The notes: generated from the letters alone by a model not told the origin. Shown: positions 35,242 through 44,775, counted from the stretch's first letter. The stretch is DNA of 64,000 nucleotides from Candidatus Izemoplasmatales bacterium (GCA_050949045.1 JBMNEZ010000001.1:108716-172715); one strand, 5' to 3'. Program-made: numbers and translations.

Positions 35242-35954
35242 ACAAAATTACCTTGCCCCAACCAGTCCGCAAGTTCCATCAGAAATTTCTTCTTTTTTGG
35301 ATGACTGATTAGAAGCGTATCATCATTTTTCATCAATATCGTCATTCCGCTTATCGACTTGATATATCTTGGGTTGACCAAATAACAGTTGTTGCAGCGC
35401 ATAAAATTGTTGGGTTTCAAACGCTTTTCATATTCGGTTAACGATCCGGTAGCCACTACTGTCTCTTCATTGGTGTGAAAATGAATTTTATGCCCGGTCA
35501 CTTCTAAATACAACAATTCGCTGATTGGCAATCTAATAAAACCACGGGCTTTTGAGATCACAATCTCAGCATCTTGATTGGCTCTCACGATTTTCAGCGC
35601 TTTATCCATTTTTTGAGCTATGGTAGCGTAATTTACAGGCTTTACAACAAAATCTAAGGCATCGACCTCGTACCCCTTAACGGCATATTGAGCCATGTTA
35701 GTAACAAAAATTATAATTACCTGTTTATCGGCCCGCCTTATTTTTCTAGCGGCTTCAAGTCCGTTGATATCAGGTATTTCGATATCCATGAAGATAATAT
35801 TGTAAATCTTTTTGTATTCCGATAAAAAACTGACCGCTTCATCAAATTTTTTAATATTCAATTTTACATTGTTTAATTCAGAGTATTTTTTTAGATAATT
35901 TTCTATTAAGTTCGAATCAGATGCGTTGTCTTCTACAACGGCTACATTTATCAT
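35238..35954 (-). CDS. LytTR-family response regulator, TCS 1
   Basis: Receiver domain (VAVVEDN...IIFMDIEIPDINGLE). C-terminal LytTR-type block (...FMRCNNCYLVNPRYI). Confidence 0.85.
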   Translation of the reverse strand: MINVAVVEDNASDSNLIENYLKKYSELNNVKLNIKKFDEAVSFLSEYKKIYNIIFMDIEIPDINGLEAARKIRRADKQVIIIFVTNMAQYAVKGYEVDALDFVVKPVNYATIAQKMDKALKIVRANQDAEIVISKARGFIRLPISELLYLEVTGHKIHFHTNEETVVATGSLTEYEKRLKPNNFMRCNNCYLVNPRYIKSISGMTILMKNDDTLLISHPKKKKFLMELADWLGQGNFV

Positions 35955-36041
35955 TTTCTAGACCCCCTTACTGCTTACTGAGATGATGGGCATGATGAGG
36001 CAATGAATTAATAGAACGTTTTCATCGCATCGGTGTTGTCT

Positions 36042-37331
36042 CTATTTTAGATTAAAGGCAATATCGATCTCATCGATCCGATCTTGGGTGATGGGATTGA
36101 TCGATCCGATTTTTGTCGCATCGATGATAGTCTTCGCAGTGAATTCAGCGACTTCCAATCTGTCGAACGCATTGATGATGGTGGAGCCAACGGTTAATAC
36201 AAAATCATTTTCCGCCAGAATGACGGGGGTGGATCGGTTGATTTTGTCGACCAAAGCTTGTGGATTCAAGATAGACAATCCATAGGGAATGCGAACCAAA
36301 TCACGGATCATAATGTAAGACTCCGGAATCGTGCGGGGGTCAATCGGTGCTTTTGTAATGCCAAAAGCCATCATATGCGTTGGTTGGGCGATGACGATTG
36401 CATTGACTTCGGGATGACGATCATAAATCAATTTATGCAAATCAACTGAACGTGAAGGCTGTTTTCCGTATTCACGTAAACCATTTTGAATGAGAACAAT
36501 CTCTTCGGGCTCTAAGTATTTTCGGTCAATCCCATAAGGAGTGATCAGGAAGTTATTTTCATCCAGTCGCTGTGAGAAGGTTCCCATCGTGCTGGTGAAC
36601 AAGTCTTGGTCATATGCCCGATGGATGAGAGCACACATCTCCTTGCGTGCTTTCTTTTCTTGTGAGGTAATTTCAACGGGCTGGAACTCGTCAGGGAGTT
36701 TTTGGCCTTTTTTCAGATTGAGTTTGATTTCCTCGTCGGTTAAGGCGGTGGCTTCACCCAACTGTTTTGCGATAATGTTCAATTTGGCGCAGTGTTCCAA
36801 GGTTTCAAAAATCTTGAATGCGTTAAACATATTATCGGCACAAGCTACAACGCCATGATTTTCCATGATGACGACGTTATGCCCCTTAGCGAACTGGGCG
36901 GATATTTTTCGTCCCAGTTTTTCACTCCCGGGCAAATCATAATCCGCAAAACCGATTTCACCGCAAACCAAATGAGGCAAAGGGATGATTTTTGTATTCG
37001 GGACTTTGCCGACCAAACTGAAACTAACCAATGAATGTGGATGGGCGTGAAGGACAGCTTTCACATCGGGCCTAACTTTATAGACGTGTTTATGAAAGGG
37101 GGTTTCCACAGAAGGACGGTGCTTTCCGATTACCCTTCCATCCGGCTTTATTTGGCAAATGTCCGCGGTGGTCAAGGCGCCTTTGTCAATTCCAGAAGGC
37201 GTGATCCAAATATCGCCTTTATCGTCAAGGATGGACAGATTTCCTCCCGATGTGGTTGTCATTTGTTTCTTATAAATCCGATTGATCAACAAGACAATTT
37301 GTTCTGCAGGATGCATATGCACAAAATTCAT
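36042..37331 (-). CDS. Tandem (two-domain) class II aldolase/adducin-family protein; candidate rhamnulose-1-phosphate aldolase
   Basis: First half: TSGGNLS...ITPSG...ETPFHKHVY...AVLHAHPH. Second half repeats the fold (MGTFSQRL...ITPYG...SVDLHKLIY...AIVIAQPTH) but lacks the HxH pair. AAGGAAGG ribosome-binding site. Confidence 0.7.
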   Translation of the reverse strand: MNFVHMHPAEQIVLLINRIYKKQMTTTSGGNLSILDDKGDIWITPSGIDKGALTTADICQIKPDGRVIGKHRPSVETPFHKHVYKVRPDVKAVLHAHPHSLVSFSLVGKVPNTKIIPLPHLVCGEIGFADYDLPGSEKLGRKISAQFAKGHNVVIMENHGVVACADNMFNAFKIFETLEHCAKLNIIAKQLGEATALTDEEIKLNLKKGQKLPDEFQPVEITSQEKKARKEMCALIHRAYDQDLFTSTMGTFSQRLDENNFLITPYGIDRKYLEPEEIVLIQNGLREYGKQPSRSVDLHKLIYDRHPEVNAIVIAQPTHMMAFGITKAPIDPRTIPESYIMIRDLVRIPYGLSILNPQALVDKINRSTPVILAENDFVLTVGSTIINAFDRLEVAEFTAKTIIDATKIGSINPITQDRIDEIDIAFNLK

Positions 37332-37406
37332 TTGTACCTTCCTTTCCCTTGAAAATGCTAGAAACCTTGATATTCTCCCTTGACTTTGATTGAGTAGAGG
37401 ATGTTC

Positions 37407-37589
37407 TCAAATTCCCTTGCTTAATGAAGCCATGTCATGAAACCTCCTCAAGAAATTGGCTTTACTGAAATTTTTGAGTTTACACGCCACTGATTTATCA
37501 TAAATGTTGCCGGGGATATCCTTGAACGTTATTTTTCTTTTTCCTAAAATTTTTTTGGAGTGATAAACTGTGATTTTGGCATTTGACAC
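37407..37589 (-). CDS. Small basic hypothetical protein (60 aa); uncertain gene
   Basis: AAGGGTG lies 4 nt before the ATG, 5 nt after the lpd stop. I recognise no family. Confidence 0.3.
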   Translation of the reverse strand: MSNAKITVYHSKKILGKRKITFKDIPGNIYDKSVACKLKNFSKANFLRRFHDMASLSKGI

Positions 37590-37594
37590 CCTTT

Positions 37595-38968
37595 TTAGAT
37601 GCGAAAAAGCGCATCTTTGACAAGCTCGCCTACGGTAGGATGCGGATAGATGAGGCGCTTGATTTCTTTGATATCGATTTCCAGATTCAGCATCGCGCCC
37701 AAGAATACGGCGATCTCGCTAGCGTATAATGATAACATATGCGCACCGATCAACGTATTTTTCTTTTGGTCGATGATCAGTTTGAGAAAGCCTCCGCGGT
37801 CATTGCTTTCAGCCATGTGGCGCCCTGAATAGGCGATCGGCAAGGTTACGGTTTTGAAGTCGTATCCCGCTTTGTTGGCATCAGCCTCCGTATAACCAAC
37901 CGAGCACGCTTCTAATGAAGTGTAGATGACCGAGGGGATGACATTATAATTGATTTGATCTTTTTTGCCGGTCAGATTGTTGAAACAGACTTCGGCTTCC
38001 CGGTATGCCGTATGGGCAAGCATGACTTTGCCGTTGACATCGCCGATGGCGTAGACATTGGCGACATTGGTATTCATCTGTTCATCTGTAACGATGGAAC
38101 CGTCTTTTCTTAATTCAACATTTATTGATTCCAAACCGAGGCCTGCCGTGTTGGCTTTTCTGCCGGCGGACAATAAGGCACAGTCATGAGTAATAGTGTG
38201 GTATTGTTGGTTGTTGTCTAGATATGTGATTTTCTGTGGTTCGATTTTCGTAACTTTAGCATTTAAGATTAAGGCAACGCCTTTTGCTTTGAGAAGTCTT
38301 TTCAATCCCTTGGAAAGGTCGGCGTCGATTCCGCCGCCGATATCAGGCAACATCTCGATGATGGTTACTTCGCTTCCCACTTGAGAGAAATACATCGCCA
38401 TTTCAAGTCCGATCACGCCGCCGCCGATTATACTGAGTTTCTGGGGTATTTCTTGAAGATCGAGAATCTCTCTGCTTGTCAACATTGTACCATTTTTGAT
38501 TGCATCGGTCAAACCTTCGATAGGCGGAATAAATGGTATAGAACCGGTGGCGGAGATCAACTTTCTGCCGGTATATTCGACATCACCAACAATAATGGTG
38601 AAACCGGAAGCGGTCTTTCCTGTGATTTTTGCAGACCCACTGACTACATCGACATTTGCTGACTTCAACATGTAGTCTACTCCAGCGACCAAAGTTTTGA
38701 CAACTTGATTTTTGCGTTTGACAACTGCACGCTGGTCATATGAAACATCTTTGACATGGATGCCGTAATCGGCTCCATGTTTTGCATGACTGTAAAGCTT
38801 GGCGCTGTGCAGAAACGCTTTGCTGGGGATGCAACCCTCATTCAGACAGACTCCACCCAGTTTGTTTTTTTCCACTATCAAAGTGCTCAGACCGGCTTTT
38901 CCAGCTAGAAAAGCCGCATGATAGCCTCCCGGCCCGCCGCCAATGACGATTAAATCATAAACATTCAT
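37595..38968 (-). CDS. lpd: Dihydrolipoyl dehydrogenase
   Basis: I moved the start to MNVYDLIVIGGGPGGY (GAGGAGG ribosome-binding site). Redox disulfide GGVCLNEGCIPSK. Second dinucleotide fold IIGGGVIGLE. Confidence 0.85.
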   Translation of the reverse strand: MNVYDLIVIGGGPGGYHAAFLAGKAGLSTLIVEKNKLGGVCLNEGCIPSKAFLHSAKLYSHAKHGADYGIHVKDVSYDQRAVVKRKNQVVKTLVAGVDYMLKSANVDVVSGSAKITGKTASGFTIIVGDVEYTGRKLISATGSIPFIPPIEGLTDAIKNGTMLTSREILDLQEIPQKLSIIGGGVIGLEMAMYFSQVGSEVTIIEMLPDIGGGIDADLSKGLKRLLKAKGVALILNAKVTKIEPQKITYLDNNQQYHTITHDCALLSAGRKANTAGLGLESINVELRKDGSIVTDEQMNTNVANVYAIGDVNGKVMLAHTAYREAEVCFNNLTGKKDQINYNVIPSVIYTSLEACSVGYTEADANKAGYDFKTVTLPIAYSGRHMAESNDRGGFLKLIIDQKKNTLIGAHMLSLYASEIAVFLGAMLNLEIDIKEIKRLIYPHPTVGELVKDALFRI

Positions 38969-39331
38969 CTTCTGCCTCCTCTTTTGGGCCTTTTCAATAA
39001 AACGGATATCTACAAAAAGCATATCACAGTATCAAACTTTTACATAGTCGATTTTGTGAAATATGGAGTGTCGTTGCCTTGGTTCGAGTATTTTTTCATC
39101 ACTTTTAACCTGTTAATTTAACTAATTCATGTAATCAATCAATGCTTGTCATATCAATTATAACAGAAAACTACAAACTATTCTCAAAACTCATTTATGA
39201 GTTTGCTGGACTTATTTATGGTCGTGTTATCCAAATTATTTTGTATTTTGTATCGCCATATTGGTTGTTAATACAAATCATGTATGAATATTGACAGATT
39301 ATGCCCTGTTAATTTTATTGCGGAATCATTG

Positions 39332-39340
39332 TGATATAAT
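39332..39340 (+). promoter_or_regulatory. Extended -10 element (TGaTATAAT) upstream of giant GH3 C
   Basis: TGATATAAT lies ~235 nt upstream of the ATG at 39577. Confidence 0.35.
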
Positions 39341-39576
39341 GAATTTAACGAAATAAAGAAAGCGTTTTACTAACACAAAGCTATCATTTTTATAAATTTT
39401 TTCTCTTTTCAATAACTTTAGAATAACGTTTGGAGAAGCGCGTTGTTGTTGACGGCTTTCTTCATATGAACTTAATATCTCTAACGGTTTTATGAAACAA
39501 AATGGATCAAGGCAGATTTTCCATGCGTATATTAGGATGAAAATCCATAATATAAAAAATATATAAGGAGGAAAAC

Positions 39577-42500
39577 ATGAAAAGATCGACGTTTTCAAAA
39601 ATCGAAATGAGTACAAGACGGATTGCTCTTGTCGCAGTTATGCTTTTCACTGCGCTTTGTTTTGTATTCGTTTTGATGTCATCATCTGCAGCGCAAGCCG
39701 AAGGCTTGGGTGGTACAGGCTATACAACAGCTTATTCCAGCCAAGAAGAAGTGTATGACGCTGCCAATCTGTTCAATGAACGGATGGTTGAGGAAGGAAT
39801 TGTTCTTCTAAAGAATGTTGACAATGCCCTTCCACTTGCTAAGGGCTCGATGATCAACGTGCTTGGCAAAAACTCTGCCAACATTGCGATCGGAGGAACC
39901 GGTTCAAGTACCGGATCAGGATCCGTAGAAGCCAGAAAGGCAATCAGCTTGTACCAAAGTTTGGCAAATGCGGAATTTGTACTCAACCCTGCACTCGTAG
40001 CATTCTACGAGAACAACACATTATCCGGAACCGGAAGACGAGCTCCGAATATGGGTGCAAATCTTACGGGCTTGAGCACCGGAGAAACTCCTCCGGAAAT
40101 GTATTCTGCGGAATTAAAAGCTACCTATGCTGATTATGATGATGCATCAATCGTCGTAATTACTCGTATTGGTGGTGAAGGTTATGATCTCCCAACAACG
40201 ATGCTAGCTAGTGGGCTACCAATGGCTGGATCTTTAGAAGGGGATCATTACTTAGAGCTTGACTTATATGAAAAAGCGATATTTGCTTCTTTGGAAGAGG
40301 ATCCAAGCGTTAGCAAAGTTATCGTAATCGTCAATGCCAGCCAGCAAATGGAACTTGGTTTCTTGAATGATTCCGTTAATTACTCCAAAGTCAAAGCAGC
40401 GATTTGGGTCGGTGGACCTGGACAATCAGGCGTTGCCTCTATCGGAAGAATATTGAATGGCGACGTTAATCCGTCCGGACGTCTCGTTGATACTTTTGCC
40501 GCAGACTTCTCCAAAGACCCTGTGTGGTACAACTTTGGCAATTCTGGTGGCAGGCATACGAATGGCACTCTCGACGAAGAAGGCAATTTCACCACTCCTA
40601 ATGGATATCCCCGTTTCGTAAACTATGAAGAGGGAATCTACCTAGGCTATCGTTATTGGGAAACTGCCGGCTACGATAAAAACGATAACTGGGCTTGGTA
40701 TGACCAAAATGTTGTATTCCCGCTTGGCTATGGTTTGAGCTATACCTCGTTTAGTTGGGAACTCGTTGGCGAGCCAACCATTCCTACCACTTTCACTGCG
40801 ACCGCTGAAGTTGAAGTAACCGTAAAAGTTACCAATACAGGCTCTGTTGCAGGAAAAGATGTTGTTCAACTGTATTACACAGCTCCTTACTACAATGGTG
40901 GCATTGAAAAATCGTATGTTAGATTGGCCGACTTTGCCAAAACGCCACTGCTTGAACCAGACGCCTCTGCTAATGTTACAATGAAAGTTTCACTTAAGGA
41001 CCTTGCATCATATGACTATAACGATGCCAACGGCAACGACTATAAGGGCTATGAACTTGAAGCTGGGAATTACGTTTTTAGAGTATTGAAAAACGCCAAT
41101 GCCCGTTCGGTTAACGGCGTTGCCGACTTCACGATGACTGTTCCTGAAGATAATGAAAAACCGGCAACTGCAGGCAAAACCGGAGTAATGTTTACACACG
41201 ATGAAAAGACCGGCGCCTTAATCAAAAACCTGTTCGATGATGTATCGCAAAAAGCCATTAACGGTACACTTGAAGACAAAGCGACCGAGGCTGTTAGAGA
41301 CAGTGGCGGCTTCATGAATGTCATGACACGCGCCACAGAGAGTGGCGGTCTTGCCGGTACTATCCCAACAGACTATCCGAGCAACGAAAAACGAACTGTT
41401 TCGGCGGCGTTCAGAAATTCTTATGCGACACCGTCCAATACAGCAACTCGTGACGCTGCCGACTTGGTCAGTCCATGGTACAAGGAAGAGTTTCCAACAC
41501 AAGCCGCCAACGATCAGGGCGAAGTGACAGTCTTCTTAAAAGATTTGATTGGAAAAGATTTCGATGATCCTCTTTGGGACGCTTTCCTCAATCAGATGAC
41601 ATATTACGAAATGGCATATCTTATCGGTCACGGAGCTTTCCATACATACCCAATCGAAAGATTAGGAAAACCATGGTCTGTCGAAATTGACGGACCGGTT
41701 GGATTGGTTCCAAGACAGGTAAACGGACCATTGATGGATATCAATAATCATGTATCATGCGTATATGCGACACAACCCGTAGTCGCAGCAACCTGGAACA
41801 AGGAATTGGTCAAAGAATATGGCCAAATGACTGGAGAAGAATCAATTTGGGGAAATACCAACTATGCATATTCAGGTATTTATGGCCCCGGATTGAACAT
41901 TCACCGTTCACCGTTCTCAGGACGTAACTTCGAGTATTACAGTGAAGATGGTGTTTTATCAGGAAAAATGGCCGGAGCTTACTGCTTAGGAGCGTACGAG
42001 AAAGGCTTGTACACAATGATGAAACACTATGTGCTCAATGACCAAGAAACGAACCGAAACGGTATCCAAACTTGGGCAGATGAGCAGACAATGCGTGAAA
42101 TCTACTTCTTGCCTTTTGAAAAAGCTATTAAAGATGGAAATTCAAGAGGAGCGATGGCTGCTTATAATAGTATTGGCAAGACCTGGACCGGTGCAAGCTA
42201 TGCCTTGATGACCGACTTGACTCGTAATGAGTGGGGATTCGAGGGAATGATTATCACTGACTGGGGTTCATATTCAGCTACGACAAACAACTGGATGATT
42301 CGTGCCGGAACCGATTTGTTGCTTGGCGGAAGTAGGGAAGGCACTCTGATTTTTGAAGGAGCCGATCTCACGCCCACACATGCTTGGGCGCTCAGAAGAG
42401 CAACCAAAGCCATAATGTTCACCGTTGCCAACAGCAACGCAATGATACCGAGACTACAGTATGCTGCCGGAGCAGCTCCCAGTCCTTTCCGAACCGGGAT

Positions 42501-44775
42501 TGAGTATTCGATGGATGCTTCCGGAGTCTCCGGAAACTATGATTTCGGCGAATTTGAAGTAACGTATTCAGCAGATGAGCGTTTGCCTGAAGGATTGGAA
42601 ATCGATCCTGAGACTGGCCTCATAACTGGTATCATTGCGGCAAGCGGAGCCTCACAGTCCTACACGTTTACTGTCACCGGCAGTGTTCCTGCGGGTACAG
42701 CGCTTACCGATGCCGTTTCTCGAGAATTCACCATTAATCAGGCAAGCATCACAGAAATCCCCGCCTTGGCTAATGGCAGGGTCGGGGTACCATATTTCTC
42801 CGATGCAATTCAAATATCATTAAACTTGGAGATTGACCCAAGTGAAATCACATATCAGTTGGATCCGGGTCTAAGGCAAGGTTGGACATGGATAAGACGT
42901 GGTTCAGCAGCGCTTCCTCAAGGACTAGTGATCAATAATGACGGAACGATTACCGGTACACCGACTCAGGCAATTACTAGAACGGTTACTTTCCTAGTTT
43001 CTGCGCCCGGTTTCGTAGACACATTGATTACTCGCACTATAACTATCTTGCCAGCAATTCCGGTGATCACATTTGGCGATGCAATATTACCGGCGGGAGA
43101 AGTGGGCTCTCAATACGAAGCACAACTCGTTGCCAGTGGCGCGGAGGGCATCACCTTTGCTTCAGAAAATCTCCCTGCAGGATTAACGCTTGCCGCTAAC
43201 GGCTTGATCTCTGGAACTCCAACAGTCGTAGGAACTTATCTCTTTGAAGTAACCGCTTCAGCGGAAGGCGCAACATCAACTGTTGCTTCAATCGCTCTTA
43301 ACGTAGCCGAGGAAGCTGAAATAATCCTTCCTGCCATCGTATTCAACGACAGGAAGCTTGATGCTGGAAAAGTCGGTGTTGCATACAGCGCGACTCTTAC
43401 TGCTAGCGGAGCCGATGGCATCACCTTTGCTTCAGAAAATCTCCCTGCAGGGTTAACGCTTGCCGCTAACGGCTCGATCTCTGGCACTCCAACTGAAGCC
43501 GGAACTTATCTCTTTAAAGTAATTGCTTCAGCGGAAGGAGCAACATCAACTGTTGCTTCAATCGTTCTTAGCGTAGCCGAGGAAGATGAAGTAATCCTTC
43601 CTGTCATCGTATTCAGCGACAGGAAGCTCGACTCTGGAAAAGTCGGTGTTGCATACAGCGCGACTCTCACTGCTAGCGGAGCCACAGGCATCACCTTTGC
43701 TTCAGAAAATCTCCCTGCAGGGTTAACGCTCGCCGCTAACGGAAAACTTTCTGGTACTCCGACTCAAGCTGGAACATACCTTATTACAGTGACTGCTTCT
43801 GCAACTGGTGCGCAATCGGCAACTGCTTCAATCGTTCTTAGCGTAGCCGAGGAAGATGAAGTAATCCTTCCTATCATCGTATTCAGCGACAGGAAGCTCG
43901 ACGCTGGAAAAGTCGGTGTTGCATACAGCGCGACTCTCACTGCTAGCGGAGCCACAGGCATCACCTTTGCTTCAGAAAATCTACCTGCAGGATTAACGCT
44001 CGCCGCTAACGGAAAACTTTCTGGTACTCCGACTCAAGCTGGAATATACCTTATTACAGTGACTGCTTCTGCAACGGGCGCGCAATCGACAACTGCTTCA
44101 ATCGTTCTTAGCGTAGCCGAGGAAGATGAAGTAATCCTTCCTGTCATCGTATTCAACGACAGGAAGCTCGATGCTGGAAAAGTCGGTGTTGCATACAACG
44201 CGACTCTCACTGCTAGTGGAGCCACAGGCATCACCTTTGCTTCAGAAAATCTCCCTGCAGGATTAACGCTCGCCGCTAACGGAAAACTTTCTGGTACTCC
44301 GACTCAAGCTGGAACATACCTTATTACAGTGACTGCTTCTGCAACGGGCGCGCAATCGACAACTGCTTCAATCGTGCTTAGTGTTTCCCCCGCTGCTGCA
44401 ACCGAGGCACCGGCAATTTCATTCAATAGTGCATTGTTGGCTTCTGGAACTGTAGGAACAGCATACAGCGCGACTCTCACTGCTAGCGGAGCCGAAGGCA
44501 TCACCTTTGCCTCAAGCGACCTACCTGCCGGCTTGACTCTCAACGAAGACGGATCTATCTCTGGCACTCCGACTCAAGCTGGAACATACTTGTTCACAGT
44601 TACGGCCTCTGCTACTGGAGCACAATCGGCTACAGCATCAATTGCGATTCACATTGCATCAGTAGCCGCTCCGATAACTGGTTGCGCATCAGCTTTGACC
44701 GTCTCGACGATCATCATGACATTGTTGACGTCAATGGTAGCTGGAGTCTTCATCTTTATCAGGAAACGTCAATAA
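39577..44775 (+). CDS. Giant secreted GH3-family glycosidase C (1732 aa): permuted GH3 core, ~8 He_PIG-type Ig domains, Cys-containing C-terminal sorting signal
   Basis: AAGGAGG ribosome-binding site. Signal peptide ...SSSAAQA/EG. Motif order: LLKNVDNALPL, IGGEGYDLP, NPSGRLV, then FPLGYGLSYTSF and GKDVVQLY, then [48 protein letters not shown]. Ig array, then the terminus PITGCASA + TM + RKRQ. Confidence 0.9.
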   Translation: MKRSTFSKIEMSTRRIALVAVMLFTALCFVFVLMSSSAAQAEGLGGTGYTTAYSSQEEVYDAANLFNERMVEEGIVLLKNVDNALPLAKGSMINVLGKNSANIAIGGTGSSTGSGSVEARKAISLYQSLANAEFVLNPALVAFYENNTLSGTGRRAPNMGANLTGLSTGETPPEMYSAELKATYADYDDASIVVITRIGGEGYDLPTTMLASGLPMAGSLEGDHYLELDLYEKAIFASLEEDPSVSKVIVIVNASQQMELGFLNDSVNYSKVKAAIWVGGPGQSGVASIGRILNGDVNPSGRLVDTFAADFSKDPVWYNFGNSGGRHTNGTLDEEGNFTTPNGYPRFVNYEEGIYLGYRYWETAGYDKNDNWAWYDQNVVFPLGYGLSYTSFSWELVGEPTIPTTFTATAEVEVTVKVTNTGSVAGKDVVQLYYTAPYYNGGIEKSYVRLADFAKTPLLEPDASANVTMKVSLKDLASYDYNDANGNDYKGYELEAGNYVFRVLKNANARSVNGVADFTMTVPEDNEKPATAGKTGVMFTHDEKTGALIKNLFDDVSQKAINGTLEDKATEAVRDSGGFMNVMTRATESGGLAGTIPTDYPSNEKRTVSAAFRNSYATPSNTATRDAADLVSPWYKEEFPTQAANDQGEVTVFLKDLIGKDFDDPLWDAFLNQMTYYEMAYLIGHGAFHTYPIERLGKPWSVEIDGPVGLVPRQVNGPLMDINNHVSCVYATQPVVAATWNKELVKEYGQMTGEESIWGNTNYAYSGIYGPGLNIHRSPFSGRNFEYYSEDGVLSGKMAGAYCLGAYEKGLYTMMKHYVLNDQETNRNGIQTWADEQTMREIYFLPFEKAIKDGNSRGAMAAYNSIGKTWTGASYALMTDLTRNEWGFEGMIITDWGSYSATTNNWMIRAGTDLLLGGSREGTLIFEGADLTPTHAWALRRATKAIMFTVANSNAMIPRLQYAAGAAPSPFRTGIEYSMDASGVSGNYDFGEFEVTYSADERLPEGLEIDPETGLITGIIAASGASQSYTFTVTGSVPAGTALTDAVSREFTINQASITEIPALANGRVGVPYFSDAIQISLNLEIDPSEITYQLDPGLRQGWTWIRRGSAALPQGLVINNDGTITGTPTQAITRTVTFLVSAPGFVDTLITRTITILPAIPVITFGDAILPAGEVGSQYEAQLVASGAEGITFASENLPAGLTLAANGLISGTPTVVGTYLFEVTASAEGATSTVASIALNVAEEAEIILPAIVFNDRKLDAGKVGVAYSATLTASGADGITFASENLPAGLTLAANGSISGTPTEAGTYLFKVIASAEGATSTVASIVLSVAEEDEVILPVIVFSDRKLDSGKVGVAYSATLTASGATGITFASENLPAGLTLAANGKLSGTPTQAGTYLITVTASATGAQSATASIVLSVAEEDEVILPIIVFSDRKLDAGKVGVAYSATLTASGATGITFASENLPAGLTLAANGKLSGTPTQAGIYLITVTASATGAQSTTASIVLSVAEEDEVILPVIVFNDRKLDAGKVGVAYNATLTASGATGITFASENLPAGLTLAANGKLSGTPTQAGTYLITVTASATGAQSTTASIVLSVSPAAATEAPAISFNSALLASGTVGTAYSATLTASGAEGITFASSDLPAGLTLNEDGSISGTPTQAGTYLFTVTASATGAQSATASIAIHIASVAAPITGCASALTVSTIIMTLLTSMVAGVFIFIRKRQ
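43051..44670 (+). repeat. 6 x 270-bp in-frame tandem repeat (90-aa He_PIG/putative-Ig units)
   Basis: CATCACCTTTGCTTCAGAAAATCTCCCTGCAGG recurs at 43149, 43419, 43689, 43959 and 44229, with a diverged copy at 44499. Units 3-5 are almost identical at the DNA level. Confidence 0.9.

Noticed and set aside
43236-44567. Series of 62-87-aa minus-strand ORFs recurring every 270 bp (MMPVAPLAVRVALYATPTFP...).
   Set aside because: The periodicity simply mirrors the 270-bp coding tandem repeat of giant GH3 C on the plus strand, so these are shadow ORFs.
43051-44670. Regular 270-bp repeat array considered as a possible CRISPR or other non-coding array.
   Set aside because: The units are contiguous with no unique spacers. 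They are in frame within a 1732-aa ORF and encode recognisable Ig-like (He_PIG) domains.
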